From Octopus sinensis (Eukaryota): 64,000 nucleotides of DNA. Both the position numbers and the translations under genes were made by a program. The stretch is taken from assembly GCF_006345805.1 (NCBI RefSeq), contig NC_043003.1:66092001-66156000 (forward strand), read 5' to 3'. Under the pieces are notes generated by a model. That model ran no database searches. It worked only from the letters and a program-made list of their open reading frames with translations, and was not told the DNA's origin. This document shows positions 38,367 to 52,445 of this stretch, one piece after another (position 1 is the first letter of the stretch; each line of letters starts with the position of its first letter).

Positions 38367-39092
38367 GTATATATGTATATATAAGTATGTGTATATATAA
38401 CGAAATTATATAAAAACGGGAAAAACGAAATCGTCGCCATTTTTTTTATTCGTGTGCATTCATTCATTTACTTATTTAATTATTTATTTATTCATTTGCT
38501 ACGTCTATTTGTAATAAGATAATATATTTTATGTTCCACTGATAACTGACAAAGCATTAAACCTGCTGCAACGAACAAAAAGTTAAAAAAAAAATATAGA
38601 AAAATATCTACATATCCCTTTGGTTTGTTTTTGTTGGTGTTTTTTATTTTATTTTAACTGTTCCGTTTTAGAATGTGTGTCTGTATAGCAGAAAAAAGGG
38701 TTTTGATGAGTAAGGTCCTTCCTAATATTTCAGTGTTCACTGGACCCTAAAATGAAAGTAAAAAAAATGTGATGCTTTTCTGTTATTGACTTTGCGTCTT
38801 CATTCATCACGATGCAATTTTCTCGATGGCAAAAAGTAAAAATAAAGAGAAACAAAATGGAGAAATTCAAAATGATACAAAATGACACAAGACAACAAAT
38901 GAAAAATAAATAAAAGGACATTTTCAATTGAATTATACATATTTATGTTCTTATTTTATTATATTTTATTATATTTTATCTTTATTTTATTCATTTTTGT
39001 CTTACATAGCGACCAATCAACGTTTGCTTATTTCTATCTGTAGTTATGTCGCAAGCTGTATTTATGCATATATTTATACATATATAGACTAA

Positions 39093-39175
<83 letters not shown>

Positions 39176-39207
39176 TGTCTGTGCAAGTGTGTATGATTCT
39201 ATATGCA

Positions 39208-39240
<33 letters not shown>

Positions 39241-40458
39241 ATACACACGTACTTATTTGTATGTATGTGTTATATATACATATATATATATGTATGTATG
39301 TATATATATATATATACACACCTATATACATACATTAATATATGTGTAATTATATAAATGTGCGTGTGTGTGTGTGTGTGTGTGTGTGAGAGTATGTGTG
39401 TGTGTGTGCATGTGTGTAAATATATGTATATGTGCATGCAGGTTACAAAATGCAATAAATATGTAGTGACTGCGACAGCAGTTTTTGTTCCGCAAAGACC
39501 ATCAAAGAAGTGATGACCACGCATATTGCTGTGTTCGCGTTTAATTTACCCTCCACTCTTGAAATATTTTCCTTAATTTTTCCTCGTCGTCCCTGTCGAC
39601 TTCATCACCATTGCCCTTCCTTCTTAGCATCAACATCACCAGAATTATCATCCTTATAATGTTCTTCACTGTCCTCTCCTTTCAAGTATTCCCTGTCTTC
39701 ACCCTCCTCCTTGTCGAAGGCATCATCATTGTAAAATCAATGAGCCTTAGCGTCTTTGTTGCCCTCATCCAAAGGTTAGAATCCTTTGCTACCAATTTCT
39801 AACACGAAATTGGGGAGTGCTAATGGAAAGCATTGCTAAGGTTTGTGTCAAACACAAGCATTGTAATTAAAATGTAATTGTGAATTCCGTGTGTGATAAT
39901 AGTCAAGACAATCTCATTAGATCTATGTATCAGAAAATACACTCTTTTAAGTTTTTACTACGAAACCATTCTGGATTTGGCCTACGGCACTTCATCATGC
40001 GATGAGCTAATAAGAAGATTAACGCGATGAAAGCCATTAGATTTGCAATGAGAAAAATCCTATTAATTTCAAGTCTTGTGAAACAAAGATTTTCTATACT
40101 CCTTATAGCGTTTCGACTTCAGTCTCTAAATTCGGAAAACCAATAACTCAAGGATAAACTAAAAGACTTCTTTTAATTCCTAAGACAAAAAAAAAACAAA
40201 CAAAAAAAACAAGCGTAAATCATCGGTTCCCACTTTCTCTTCTGTGTCATGGTGCCTCAGCATTGTTCGCTGCAAAATAGCCATAATACCGGTTTATGAA
40301 CTAAGTAATGGGAGGAATAGAGAAGAGGAAGTGGAATAAAGATTCATCTTTTATTCTTTTGCTTGGTTCAATTATTCAAATGTGGCCATGCTGGAGCAGT
40401 ACTTAAAGGGTTTAATCGAATAAATACACCCAAATAATTATTTTCCAGACTACTAACT

Positions 40459-40529
<71 letters not shown>

Positions 40530-40738
40530 TATATATAATATATATATATATATAAGATAGCGGTACAACATTGCACCAATATTTACTGGAAATAGCAGCC
40601 GATGATATACGACGCTATAGTAAAGCTTCACTGCATATATATAGTGGCAAAAATGTTTATTTATACTTTAACCTAATGCTGCTTTATATTACTGGCAAGC
40701 AATACTTTGTTTTGCACTATTTAACAATTCTTTTTTGG

Positions 40739-40771
<33 letters not shown>

Positions 40772-40923
40772 TAGTGTGTGTGTGTATTAAGACACAGATA
40801 GGGGCACCTAATCAATGGCTGGAATCTTTTAGTAGCTCTTATTTTAATAAAGAATGTATTAAATGATTTATCTCTCTCTGGTTGGAGTACTTTTTTTGCT
40901 TATCCTACATCAACAAACAGTTA

Positions 40924-41026
<103 letters not shown>

Positions 41027-41089
41027 GACACAGAAAGAGAGATAGAAAGAAAACAATAGATAGTTTGATAGATAAATAGATAGATAGAT

Positions 41090-41190
41090 AAACACACATA
41101 CATACATACAAACATACAGACATGCATACATACATACATACATACATACATACATACATACATACATACATACATACATACATACATACA
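41090..41190. repeat. (CATA)n microsatellite
   Basis: Direct reading. Confidence 0.95.
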
Positions 41191-41869
41191 TAGAACAGGC
41201 TTTCCCAGTGTTTCTGCCAATCAAATTAACTTACAAAGCGTTGGTCGCCCCAAGGCTGTAGCAGCAGACACTTGCCCAATATGCCGCACACTAAGAGTGA
41301 CACCAGAATCACGTGACTGCAAAACGATTAAAAAAACATAATGTTGAATATAAAATTTGTGATATACAGGTTCGAATTGGATGAATAACCGATGTCATTA
41401 TCGAATTCGTACCTGGACAAATGAGTAGAGAAATGGGGTTCTGCATGCGCATACATATAAACTGTTCAACTGACATTCAATCTACATCAGCATTTCCAAT
41501 TACTAGACTTTAATAACTAGAGTCTATTTCACTGCCATTACAAACTGACATTAGAAGTACAACTGAAAAAGAAGGTAATTTAACAAGTAAATATTGGTTT
41601 TGTTGCTCTTGCGGCAGCTGTGGTTGACATGCTGCATCGTAGCACCGTATCAAAACAGCCGTAAATATCTCGTCTTTAATGACATGCTCTGTGTAGACCA
41701 GGCAAACTTCGAGTCTCTCTAACTCTTCGAATTTAGGTTCCCTACCCATGTAGTATAATTTGATCAATAGAATTAAATGCAGCCTGTCAGGGTTTCAGAT
41801 TTACCATTGGTGGATAATATATGCATATATAATTTAACGTAGTCCTGTAATCGGAATATTTCTGTTAAT

Positions 41870-42030
41870 ATCAGTTTACAGCTTTTAGCTCGCCGGGCAA
41901 AATGCTTAGCCGAATTTCGGTCTTGGTAAAAGTTCAGAGATCAAATTCCACCTAGTTCGACTTTGCCGCTCATCCTTTCAGGGCTGATAATCTAAGCACT
42001 AGTTGAGCACTGGGGTCGATGTAGTCGACT
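41870..42030 (+). mobile_element. SINE family A, diverged
   Basis: CGCCGGGCAAAATGCTTAG, TCAAATTCC, TTCGACTTTGCC..CATCCTTTCAGG, CCAGTTGAGCACTGGGGTCGAT. Confidence 0.75.
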
Positions 42031-42042
42031 TATATCTCCCCC

Positions 42043-42280
42043 TTTACTCTTTTACTCTTTTACGTGTTTCAGTCATTTGACTGCGGCCATACTGGAGCAC
42101 CGCATTTAGTCGAGCAAATCGAACCCAGGACTTATTCTTTGTAAGCCTAGTACTTATTCTATCGGTCTTTTTTGCTGAATCGATAATGTTCGGGGACGTA
42201 AACACACTAGCATCGGTTGTCAAGCGATTTTGTGGGGGGGGGGGGCAAACGCAGACACAGAAACATGTACACACACATAA

Positions 42281-42323
<43 letters not shown>

Positions 42324-42486
42324 TACGACGGGCTTCTTTAAATTTCCGTCTACCAAATCCACTCACAAGGCTTTGGTCGGCCCGAGGCCATACTAGAAGA
42401 CACTTGCCCAAGGTGCCACGCAGTGGGACCAAGCCCACAACCATGTGGTTGGTAAGCAAGCTGTTTACCCCACAGCCACTCCTGCG
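42043..42486 (-). mobile_element. SINE family C, full length
   Basis: Reverse complement of the 3491-3897 family; (TTTACTC)n-like tail end. Confidence 0.88.
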
Positions 42487-43201
42487 CCAATGTTTCTGGC
42501 TTTGAGCCAAAATTTGAATTCAATATTGTCTTCTTACTATGGTGGATTGACAGAATCGCGAGAACGTTGGAAAATGCCTTGTATAACTAATCATAGCTTT
42601 TTATTTTACGATCAAAGTTAAAATCCCACTTTCATCTTTTCAAGTTCGATAAGTATAAGTCTCATTCAACTACTAAAAATCGACTAAAATCGACTAAAAA
42701 CCCTGTTCAAATCCGTTCAATTTGTGCCTTTCTGAGAAACGTTTCTTAGTTATTTGTTTTTATACAGAATTCTGTAAACGGTGCAGGATTTTACTGTCTA
42801 ATTTTGTACTCTATTACGTTATCTATTACATTCTATGTGGTCTTTGTTGGTTAGCCGGACATAGCATGATGGTTGCATGACTAATACAACAATTGAAATC
42901 TTGTATTTTACGTTTGTTATCGAATTTTTATATCACTTTGGTCGTTAAAAGCTGGTCAGTTGCTTTCCAGGGATCTCCATCGTCAATATCCAGAAGATTT
43001 TAAGATGTACTGCGTCTGTGATGGAGTATTGGGAAAAATTATCGTTTGTTCCAGTGCAGTTTGTGATCTCATCACATGTTCTATGATTAGAATGCATTTG
43101 ATTTCTGTACCTTCTTATTATAAAATTAATATTTTATTTAGTTGACTTTTCTATCAAGAGTTTTCTTCGTGAAGAAAAGGCTCCAATATATGGGAATTTT
43201 A

Positions 43202-43411
43202 GGCGGTGAGCTGGCAGAAACGCTACCACACCGGGCGAAATGCTTAGAGGTATTTCGTCTGCCGCAACGTTCTAAGTTCAAATTCCGCCGAGGTCGACTT
43301 TGCTTTTTATCCTTTCGGGTTCGATAAATTAAGTATCAGTTACGTACTGGTGTCGATCTAATCGACTGGCTCCCCTCCCTCAAAATTTCCCTTGTGCCTA
43401 GAGCAGAAAAG
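43202..43411 (+). mobile_element. SINE family A, full length with TSD
   Basis: GGCGGTGAGCTGGCAGAAACG...GTTCAAATTCC...CTTGTGCCTAGAGCAGAAAAG; flanked by ATATATGGGAATTTT (43186-43200) and ATATATGCGCATTTT (43412-43426). Confidence 0.9.
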
Positions 43412-43534
43412 ATATATGCGCATTTTCTTTTCGCTCCTTTATTCTAAAATATAACGGAATACTTCTGGTGGTTGTATATTACATCTCCCCTTGCAAAACA
43501 AGGATTTAATTGCATTGCGGTCACATATATTAAT

Positions 43535-43761
43535 CTTTTACTTTTTCACATGTTTCAGTGACTTAACAGGGGCCATGCTGGACCACCGCTTTGAAGGGTT
43601 TCTGGTCGAAGAAATCGAGCCTACAACTTATTCTTTGTAAGCCTAGTACTTCTTTCATCGGTCCCGTTTGCCGAATCGCGGGGACGTAACACACCGGTAT
43701 CGGTTGTCAAGTAATAGTGGGGGAACAAACACCCCTACAAAAACACACGCACATAAATAAA

Positions 43762-43820
<59 letters not shown>

Positions 43821-43968
43821 ACGGGCGTCTTTCAGTTTCTGTCTACCAAATCCACTGACAAGACTTGATCGGCCCGAGGCTATAGCAGAAGACACATGCT
43901 CAAAGTGCCACACAGTGAAACTGAACGCGGAACAATGTTGGGAAGTAAATATCTCACCACACAGCCAC
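43535..43968 (-). mobile_element. SINE family C, full length
   Basis: Reverse complement of the 3491-3897 family. Confidence 0.85.
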
Positions 43969-44106
43969 AGCTATTTGAGAAATATTTTGCTGTAATAATT
44001 GGTTTGCATCCAATATATATATAATATATATATATATATATTATATATATATTATATATATATATATATTTATTTATTTATATATATATTTATCGATATA
44101 CATTTA

Positions 44107-44154
<48 letters not shown>

Positions 44155-44604
44155 ATACATATACATACATATTATATTGGATGTAGTGAATTCTTCTTCT
44201 AAGTACCTGTAGAGGTTCATTTTTGTGCGCATATCTCTATAAATGTTTGCGAATATCAAATTTTGTGTTCAATGTGCTTTTTATGAATCCTAATAAATTT
44301 AATGTTGATGAGGAAATTTATGTATATTTGGCAATATCCTTGATTACAAACGAATCGATCACATCGGTACAGAATCCCATGTTCTGTTTTAAGGTTCACA
44401 TGCATGTGCGTGCACACACACAAACATATATACACCAACACGCATACAGACACCTACACAAATACACACATATGTAAATGTATAAAGAAGCCAATAGAAA
44501 AATATACACGTGCACAAATGCATATATACAGGTGTGTATTTGTGAGAGTGTTAGTGTGTATGTATATATGTATATGCATGTATGGCCGTGCATGGGTGTG
44601 TATA

Positions 44605-44687
<83 letters not shown>

Positions 44688-44792
44688 CTACCTTCCTCTA
44701 AATGAATTATGCCAGTACAAGTCCTGAGATAAGCTTTTCCAAGAAGTTAAAATAAGAATTTATATTCACAGTTAGTATTTAATGTTAGAAGA

Positions 44793-45010
44793 AGGTGAGC
44801 TGTCCGAATCGTTAACACGCTGGACAAAATGCTAAGCAGCATTTAGCCCGTCTATAACTTCAGAACCCAAATTCTGCTGAGGACATTTGCCTAACATCCA
44901 TTCGGGTACAATGAAAAAAAGCACTACTTGTATACCGGGGTCGATGTAATCGACTCAAGTCCATCCTTACGAAATTGCTGGCGAAAATTATTTAAACCCA
45001 ATATTTAAAG
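44793..45010 (+). mobile_element. SINE family A, diverged
   Basis: GGTGAGCTGTCCGAATCGTTAACACGC head, CCCAAATTCTGCTGAGG, GGGGTCGATGTAATCGAC. Confidence 0.72.
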
Positions 45011-46739
45011 TAAAACTCAATAGATAATAATTTGAATCAAGAATACCACATGTAATCGGGATATTATTGATTCCATGATTCTCTTTAGATTGATATTCTG
45101 TTTCTTTAATTCTATGACATTCACAAATGCTTTGGGCCAAGAATGGATGTTACAAGTTCACATCGCCACTTTCATACAATATGTAAGTTTTGTGATCCCT
45201 ATCGTACCAGAAAAAGAAACAATATTTTAGACAGCAAATCGGGATTCATGTTTAAACACACTATTTAGAACGTACGCTGTTTTAACAATTAAATTATAGG
45301 TTTCGCATTTAGCCAGACAAACAGGAATTTCTCGACTCTGTGACATTTATGATGTCCCAAGAGCAATAATGACAGGAATAAACTTAAATAACTGCAACTG
45401 AGGATCGAAACTCTAACAAATTCTATGCAACGGGTGCTTAATTTCTCCCCTCCATTACTCATCCGTGCACTCGTAATATATTGCGATATAATCCCAAGTT
45501 CTTGTTCAAAAAAATACAAAACAGAAAAACTAAAATACATTCGTCATTTTAGCAGCCTTGACCAAGCACAAGTGCATTCTTTATTACACTTACTCTCCTC
45601 TACGTTATTTAACTGTAAACTTTTTCTCTCTTCCTCTGCTTTGTCCTCCATTTTGTATGCGATTGTCCAGCAGTAGTAACTTGAAGTCATTGTTCTGTAG
45701 AGCCATTCTCGTTTATTGTCCTTTTACACCGTCAATTTAACGATCTCTTAACAGTTACAGTGCACTTAGGCTTTTGTTTAATGGACCAGTCTGCGAGATA
45801 TCATGTCTGCTGATGTGTAAATGTGCATCTCGGGAGAAAAAAAAAGAAAAAAAAAGATAATGACTATATTTTCCCCTTAAGGTCACTCTCTGGGGGTCGT
45901 TAGACAAAGCCAAATGTCTGGGAAATGCTGTGGAAAACAAAACAATATATAAAGAAACATTAGAAAAACGCTTAATATTTCTATGTCCGAATATTCCTGC
46001 GATTCATTACTGTTAGTGTTTTTGTTTTTATTAATACTAATTTACTTTTCTTTCTGTCTTTTTTTTTGTGTGTGAGTGTTTGCCATCCCAGCTAGTCCTG
46101 AATATCTTTTCAAATAACAACTCTAACAAATCACAATATTGAGATTGTGAAATAAAAATAGGTTAAATTGCGCTAATCTAAACGGTTTTTTCCCTTTTTC
46201 TTTCTTTTTTGTTTTTGACTTTCTCTCAAAAGTTATTCTTGCCTTCTAAAGTTAATCATTTAATATATTACGCAAATCGAAAAAACGTCAAGATGAATTA
46301 GGGATAAAGAAATAGACTTTCCTGATTGAATAAAAAATATATTTATTGTCACATTTGTCCATGAAATCTACTCCCTGATTTGCTTAGAAATACACCCTCT
46401 ATTTTTAAATAGCCTATTGTAAGCTTATTAGATTTTTGTCTGCTATCTTTTCATTTATTTTATTTAGGTTTTCCTGTGGAAATTATTGAAATGGAAATAC
46501 CAATTTTATTCTTCGATAAAAAGCCCATTGTAACCGTGCAATAGCGGGAAGTGTAACCAACGAATCTGATACAATAAAAAACTATGTGTTCTAATTAGGC
46601 GTTAGGAATGTGTACATAAAGATTATGTTCGCATAAGAGATCAAATCTCTAACCAGGACAGATTTTACAATAAATTATGCGTATTACTGTATCAGTTCTG
46701 ACATTGCATCCACATTGCCACCAGAAGACTGTCTCGTCG

Positions 46740-46870
46740 AAAGGTTAACAACAAGAAAAATTTGAAATGAAGTATTTTGCTCAAGAGCACAACACGCCAC
46801 CAGATCCAGGGATCGAAACTATGATATGGCGATCATTAGTGAAACACCATAACCACTAGGCCACGCGACT
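46740..46870 (-). mobile_element. SINE family D head fragment
   Basis: TTGCTCAAGAGCACAACACG...GGGATCGAAAC...TAACCACTAGGCCAC is the reverse complement of a tRNA-like head with A and B boxes. Confidence 0.65.
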
Positions 46871-46914
46871 ACACACACAAACATCTATGTGTATATACAG
46901 ATGCAATGCAGGTG

Positions 46915-47140
46915 CACGCATAGCTGTGCGGTTGAGTAGCTTACTTTACAACTACGGGGTTTCCGATATATATATGTATGTGTTTGTGTGTGTGTGTGTG
47001 TGGTTGGGTGTCTGTGTTTGTCCCCACTCCAGCATCGTTTGACAACCGATGTTGGTGTGTTTACGTCCCGATAACCTACCGGTTCGTCAAAAGAGACCAA
47101 TAGAATAAGTACTACGCTTCCAAAGAATAAGTCCATGCAC
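46915..47140 (+). mobile_element. SINE family C with internal deletion
   Basis: Head GCATAGCTGTGCGGTTGAG followed by the 3' half CATCGTTTGACAACCGATG...AGAATAAGTACTA. Confidence 0.7.
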
Positions 47141-47365
47141 ACACATATACACTTACACACCCATATATCTATTTTCTTTTATTTCCTCCACCTCACTCTC
47201 TATTTTATATCTTATCTAAATGAACTATTTCTTAGCCAACCTCTCACACCATCTCCGATGAAGGTATATCATAAATATCCTGGAAATAACTGTCAGACCT
47301 TCTATCTATAAATGTTCTAAAATCTACACAGCCTTGGTTTTTTATTCTCATTGCAAAATAAAATT

Positions 47366-47414
<49 letters not shown>

Positions 47415-47649
47415 GTACGTACGTATGTATTTCGCTTAAACTTTGCGAGAACAATAACTCTATGTAGAACCCAATATACATATGTTTCAAAACGAATTGT
47501 TGGTTAGTTATATAGCGGTAATAAGAGAGGGAGATGACAAAATAATAAATGAGTGTCTTATCTACTTCATTAGCCTTCAGACGTTTCTGTTATAAGATGC
47601 AGCACAACTATGACTCCACTGCATTTGATAGCAGAAAGGGCTGCTAGCT

Positions 47650-48210
47650 TATGTACATAAGCTACAAACTCACACAAAATTTCAATCTATAAAATTCAGT
47701 CCCGAAGCATTGGTCGACTCGAGGCTATAGTAGGAGTGTGGAGGCGCAATGGCCCAGTGGTTAGGGCAGCGGACTCGCGGTCATAGGATCGCGGTTTCGA
47801 TTCCCAGACCGGGCGTTGTGAGTGTTTATTGAGTGAAAACACCTAAAGCTCCACGAGGTTCTGGCAGGTGATGGTGGTGATCCCTGCTGTACTCTTTCAC
47901 CACAACCTTCTCTCACACTTACTTCCTGTTTCTGTTGTACCTGTATTTCAAAGGGCCGGCCTTGTCACTCTCTGTGTCACGCTGAATATCCCCGAGAACT
48001 ACGTTAAGCGTACACGTGTCTGTGGAGTGCTCAGTCACTTACACGTTAATTTCACGAGCAGGTTGTTCCGTTGATTCGGATCAACCGGAACCCTCGTCGT
48101 CGTAACCGACGGAGTGCTTCCATTCCATAATAGGAGACAATTGCCCGAAGTGCCGTGCAGTGGGCCTGACCAGGATATCACGTGGCTGTAAAGTCAGATA
48201 CTTAGCTACT
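47650..48210 (-). mobile_element. SINE family C head region interrupted by a family-B SINE
   Basis: GAGGCTATAGTAGGAG | insert | ATAATAGGAGACAATTGCCCGAAGTGCCGTGCAGTGGG is colinear with family C once the insert is removed. Confidence 0.72.
47740..48126 (+). mobile_element. SINE family B, young full-length copy, nested
   Basis: About 95% identical to 6625-7007; approximate TSD ATAGTAGGAG (47727-36) / ATAATAGGAG (48127-36). Confidence 0.92.
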
Positions 48211-49104
48211 GAACGCCAGAAATGAATTTCCTCAGACTTCGAAGGAAGACGTTCATTAAATTAGCTTCGAACCATATTAGATGATATATTAGAATTGCCA
48301 TTAAAATTTACGCCAAAACACTTAAAGGTGCGGAATTAGCAAACGTTGCAAAACGCTTGCTATAATCATTTCTAATTTCCAGTCTTTCAAATCTGTATCT
48401 TTATCGTATCAAATCCCATATGGCACCGGGATTAAATTTGTCATTCTTTTAAGAACAAATGAAAATATATATCACTTAATTCTGTTTAATATACGACTAT
48501 TTACTCAAAAATGACGTGGAGTTTGAATAACACAGCGCATGTTATTACAGTAGCAACATATGTAGATCTAAAGAGAAACACGTCTGTAATCTATTTACGA
48601 ATTCTAAATGATGTTATCTCTGTTATCTCACCGAGCTAATGATTTCTGTGATGATACGCATAATTTACTTTCTCGATATAAATAGTCCACTGGAAAAACA
48701 CTTTAAAACCGCCATTAAGTTTTCCTGTTTGTGTTTAGCTCCAGCTTAACTGAACTCGCAAATCTACGATCAGAAAGGTTTCCAGTCACTACAATATTTT
48801 GATTCCTTGTATCATGGGAGGGTCATTAGATTAAGAAGAAACACGTGCACGTCTTTATTTGTTATTTGTGAATTGGTTTATTTATCAATTTGTCTATAGT
48901 TTAACCAATTAACTAATTTACTGTTTAGTTAATTGTTCAGTTAACTAATCACGCAGTTAAGATTTTCACGTGAGTTAACATAAAAATCCTCTCAAACTAG
49001 TTACAAAATAATACTGGAGACCATTTCAAGCAACTAATATTCTTTTCTACTCTGCGCACAAGGCCCGAAATTTTGAATCAAGCAACTAATATTACATTAC
49101 ATGA

Positions 49105-49290
49105 AGGCGGCGAACTGGCAGTATTGCTACATGTCGGGCAAAATTTGTAGCGGCTTTTCGTCGGAGTTAAAATTCCACCGAAATCGACCTAGCCTTTTAT
49201 TCTCGAAGATCGATAAAATTAATACCAGTTAAGTATGACGGTAAAATAATTGAGTAGTCCCCTGTCCCCAAATTTCAGGTCTCTTCAATA
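49105..49290 (+). mobile_element. SINE family A, diverged, preceded by an inverted family-A tail fragment at ~49040-49075
   Basis: GGCGGCGAACTGGCAG head, AAATTCCACCGAAATCGAC, GATCGATAAAATTAATACCAG. Confidence 0.7.
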
Positions 49291-49749
49291 GTCGTTAAGG
49301 TTGCAAGAAGCAACGAAAAATTTAAAAAACATAAATAAGTAAATGAGTGGAAATCGAACCAGTGAATGTGTTAATAAAATATTAAAACAGAACGAATCTC
49401 CCAGACGAAATAAAATATACTTCTTCAACACACGAATTTACATTAGGGATCTTGAAAGCAAAATACAAGAACGAAATATTACGATAAAATTTCCTCGTAA
49501 TTTTTAGGAAGAAAATAAAATATTCTTATGTGAGAATATCGATGGATAATTTGTCCATGAAATGGTAGTATAGAAATAAATTTCTGTCGATGAAGCAATG
49601 CTAATAGAAAATCTTACAATAATGTTTATGTTTGATCCAGTATTGCTGCCAAAATTCAATCTCATTTTTACCAATAAACGATAGATTATTCAAAGAAGAA
49701 TCTTTTGCGCTCTTGGCATAGCTCTCGACCAGTTCCTGGATTCATAAAT

Positions 49750-50120
49750 GAGGAAAACACTTAAACTATGTGGAGGGACATGTAAAATAACTGAACAAGA
49801 AGCAACCAGAAGATTAGAGAATGGGAAGGAATGGAAAGTGAATGCAAAATAAAAATCTCACCGACTTCAGCACAGGCCCATAATGCAATGGGAATTACAT
49901 TGAGGATATGGGGACAAAACTTCCGAACCGTGTAAATGTGCATAAACAGCAAATTAAACCTTCACCTCTGAGAAATTTTCCATGAAGTTAATACTTAGGT
50001 ATTTGTGCAAATGAAATAGTTAAAATATATCCCTTTTACAAAATAAGGGACGAAAATTGATCAGCTCCGAGAGATAAATGAAGAAAACTTAGAAGATTTC
50101 TAAATCCGCACTAAATCCAA
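49750..50120 (+). pseudogene. Penelope-like element GIY-YIG endonuclease remnant
   Basis: Manual translation with stops and frameshifts: KLCGGTCKI..ENGKEWKVNAK, CNGNYIEDMGTKLPNRVNVHKQQI, GICANEIVKIYPFYKI..PALN. The order and spacing match the C-terminal GIY-YIG domain of Penelope/Poseidon-type elements. Confidence 0.62.
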
Positions 50121-51105
50121 AACAGTCAACACACTTAATAAAAGCAACACCCATTATGCGCATTTGATCAGAACAGGTGTACTTCAATAGTTGAATAAGA
50201 AAAGCACTTGCACTCACAATACACACTATACAGAAACCTTTTCCACAACGGTTGGTGACATTCAGTTATTTACAAACTCTTCTTTTAAATAGTCAACTTT
50301 AAAACATCCGTGCATATATGCATGTGAGTATGAATCTATGCGAGTAGGTATGTGCTTATGCATGTGTATATATAAGAACGTAAGTACTAATGCATGCTTC
50401 TATGCCTGCCTACTGTTAAAAAAGATCCGAGCGGAAAGGAGTTAATATAGCGTCTAGTAATTTATTTAGGCTTATCTTTTCACTTCATAGCGTATGATTT
50501 CCAACGCGTGTGGTTGATTATAGTCTGAGAAGACGAAAATGACCCCTATGCTTCATATTAGGTCGGGATCAGTACAGAAGAGAACAGTGGTGAGCTAAGT
50601 GAAATCTTGGTAAATTTCGAGACACAAGTAAATACAGACTTTTTATACGCAAACGAGTGTCGTTGGTTAGAATAGAGGCGGCAGAACATAAAGAGATACA
50701 CATTAGAGCAATTTCAGTTGAGGTGGGGTGGGAACAGTTTGATTATATTGTCCCCTAGTACGCAGTTGGTACTTATTCTATCGCCATCGAAAGGAAGAAT
50801 ACTTAAGTGGAACATGAATTCAGAATGTAAGGGCTAACGATTCTGCAAGATACAAAATCTATACGTATAAGACACAAAGGGTCACCAGTTCTTCATCAGT
50901 TATCAACCAGGATGGTAGCGAAACTGAGTATTACCATTCTGGGTTATACCCGAAGAAGATTTAAGGATCCGCTGTATCTTGTACGTATGCGTTTTTTATC
51001 AGCCCTTGTTTATTTACAATGCATTTTTTCAGTTATTAGTAGCGATACTCAACACACACTTGAGGTATGTATGTATTTATGCATACATTCATACATACAT
51101 ATATG

Positions 51106-51160
<55 letters not shown>

Positions 51161-51239
51161 TGACAGAGGGAGAAAGAGAAGTAGGAATAGATACATAGTT
51201 ACAGAGAGAGAGAGAGAAAGAGTGAGAGAGGGAGAAATA

Positions 51240-51268
51240 GAGATAGATAGATAAACAGATAGGTAAAC

Positions 51269-51356
<88 letters not shown>
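51240..51356. repeat. (AGAT)n microsatellite
   Basis: Direct reading. Confidence 0.95.
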
Positions 51357-51357
<1 letters not shown>

Positions 51358-51844
51358 CTAAACTCGTTCCGGTCGATAGAAAGAGTTACGACTCCACTTA
51401 TGTGATATTTCATCGATGTAAAAAAAGAAGAAAAAAAAAAAAAATTGAAGTTTTCTTCAAAGTTTTCAGCCGACACAAAAATGAAAATGAGAGTTTATTG
51501 TAAGCTTCTCGCTTTATTAACATCGGAACGCAACTATGAATAATACATTTTGTATGCTTACTATAGTTTTTAGTTTTATTGTTTTTGTTTCTCGTTTGCT
51601 CTCTGTAGTTGCCACCGTATTTATGTGCAGCATTAAAGAGTTCCGGTCGAGCAGTCTCCTGGAAAAGAATTATCATAAGGAATATCCTTAAGAAACTCTG
51701 ATGTCAAGCAAGGCGGATATATGCTGAGAAGTTTTCACGCTCTGTCCATTTTGTCTTTACTGCGGTCATCTTCCAAATGAATGCAAGAAATATTTTGAAA
51801 CAGATTTCGTTGACAAACTGACTATATAGGAAATGTTTTGGTCG

Positions 51845-52200
51845 TGTGTGCGTGTGTGTGTGTGTGGATGTGTGTATTTATATGTTTGTGTGTATTTGTG
51901 TGTGTGGATGTATGTATTTGTGTGTGTGTATGTGTGTGTGTGTGGATGTATGTATTTGTGTGTGTGGATGTATGTATTTGTGTGTGTGGATGCATGTATT
52001 TGTATGTGTGTGTATGTGTTTGTGTGGATGTATGTATTTGTATGTGTGTTTATACATGTATTTGTATGTGGGTGTATGTGTGTAGATGTATGTATTTCTA
52101 TATGTGTGTGTATGTGTGTGTATGAATGTATGTATTTGTATGTGTGTGAATGCATGTATTTGTATGTGTGTGTGTGGATGTATGTATTTGTATGTATGTG
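51845..52200. repeat. Degenerate ~22-bp minisatellite (GTGTGTGGATGTATGTATTTGT) on a TG background
   Basis: Unit repeated about 10 times with variable spacers; exact tandem copies near 51930-51990. Confidence 0.8.
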
Positions 52201-52445
52201 CATGTTTGTATGCCCGCATGTGTCTGTGTGCGTTTGCGTGTGATTGTGTGTGTGCATGTGTTCTTTTGTGTATGTGTATTTGTGTGTGTGCTCTAGCGTG
52301 TGTGTGTGTATACACACGACTTCGAGACCAGTTGGCCTTTCCTATTGTCAGTTTCAAGTTGACGAAAATCTTCGGTGGAATCGAGAAACTGGAGAAATTA
52401 ATAAACTCTCAAATTGCTATTTCCTGTATCCTAATCCCTCTACAC

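Noticed and set aside
37960-39800. Acidic D/E-rich reading frames at ~37980-38100 and ~39580-39780
   Set aside because: Decayed (ATC/GTC/CTC)n trinucleotide repeats with in-frame stops.
40595-40634. GCAG-CCGAUGA-UAUA..UAUA-GUAAAGCUUC-A-CUGC hammerhead-like fold
   Set aside because: At least three core deviations; kept only as a possible decayed copy.
45120-45270. CKFCDPY-containing frame as a Penelope zinc-knuckle remnant
   Set aside because: Too little motif support.
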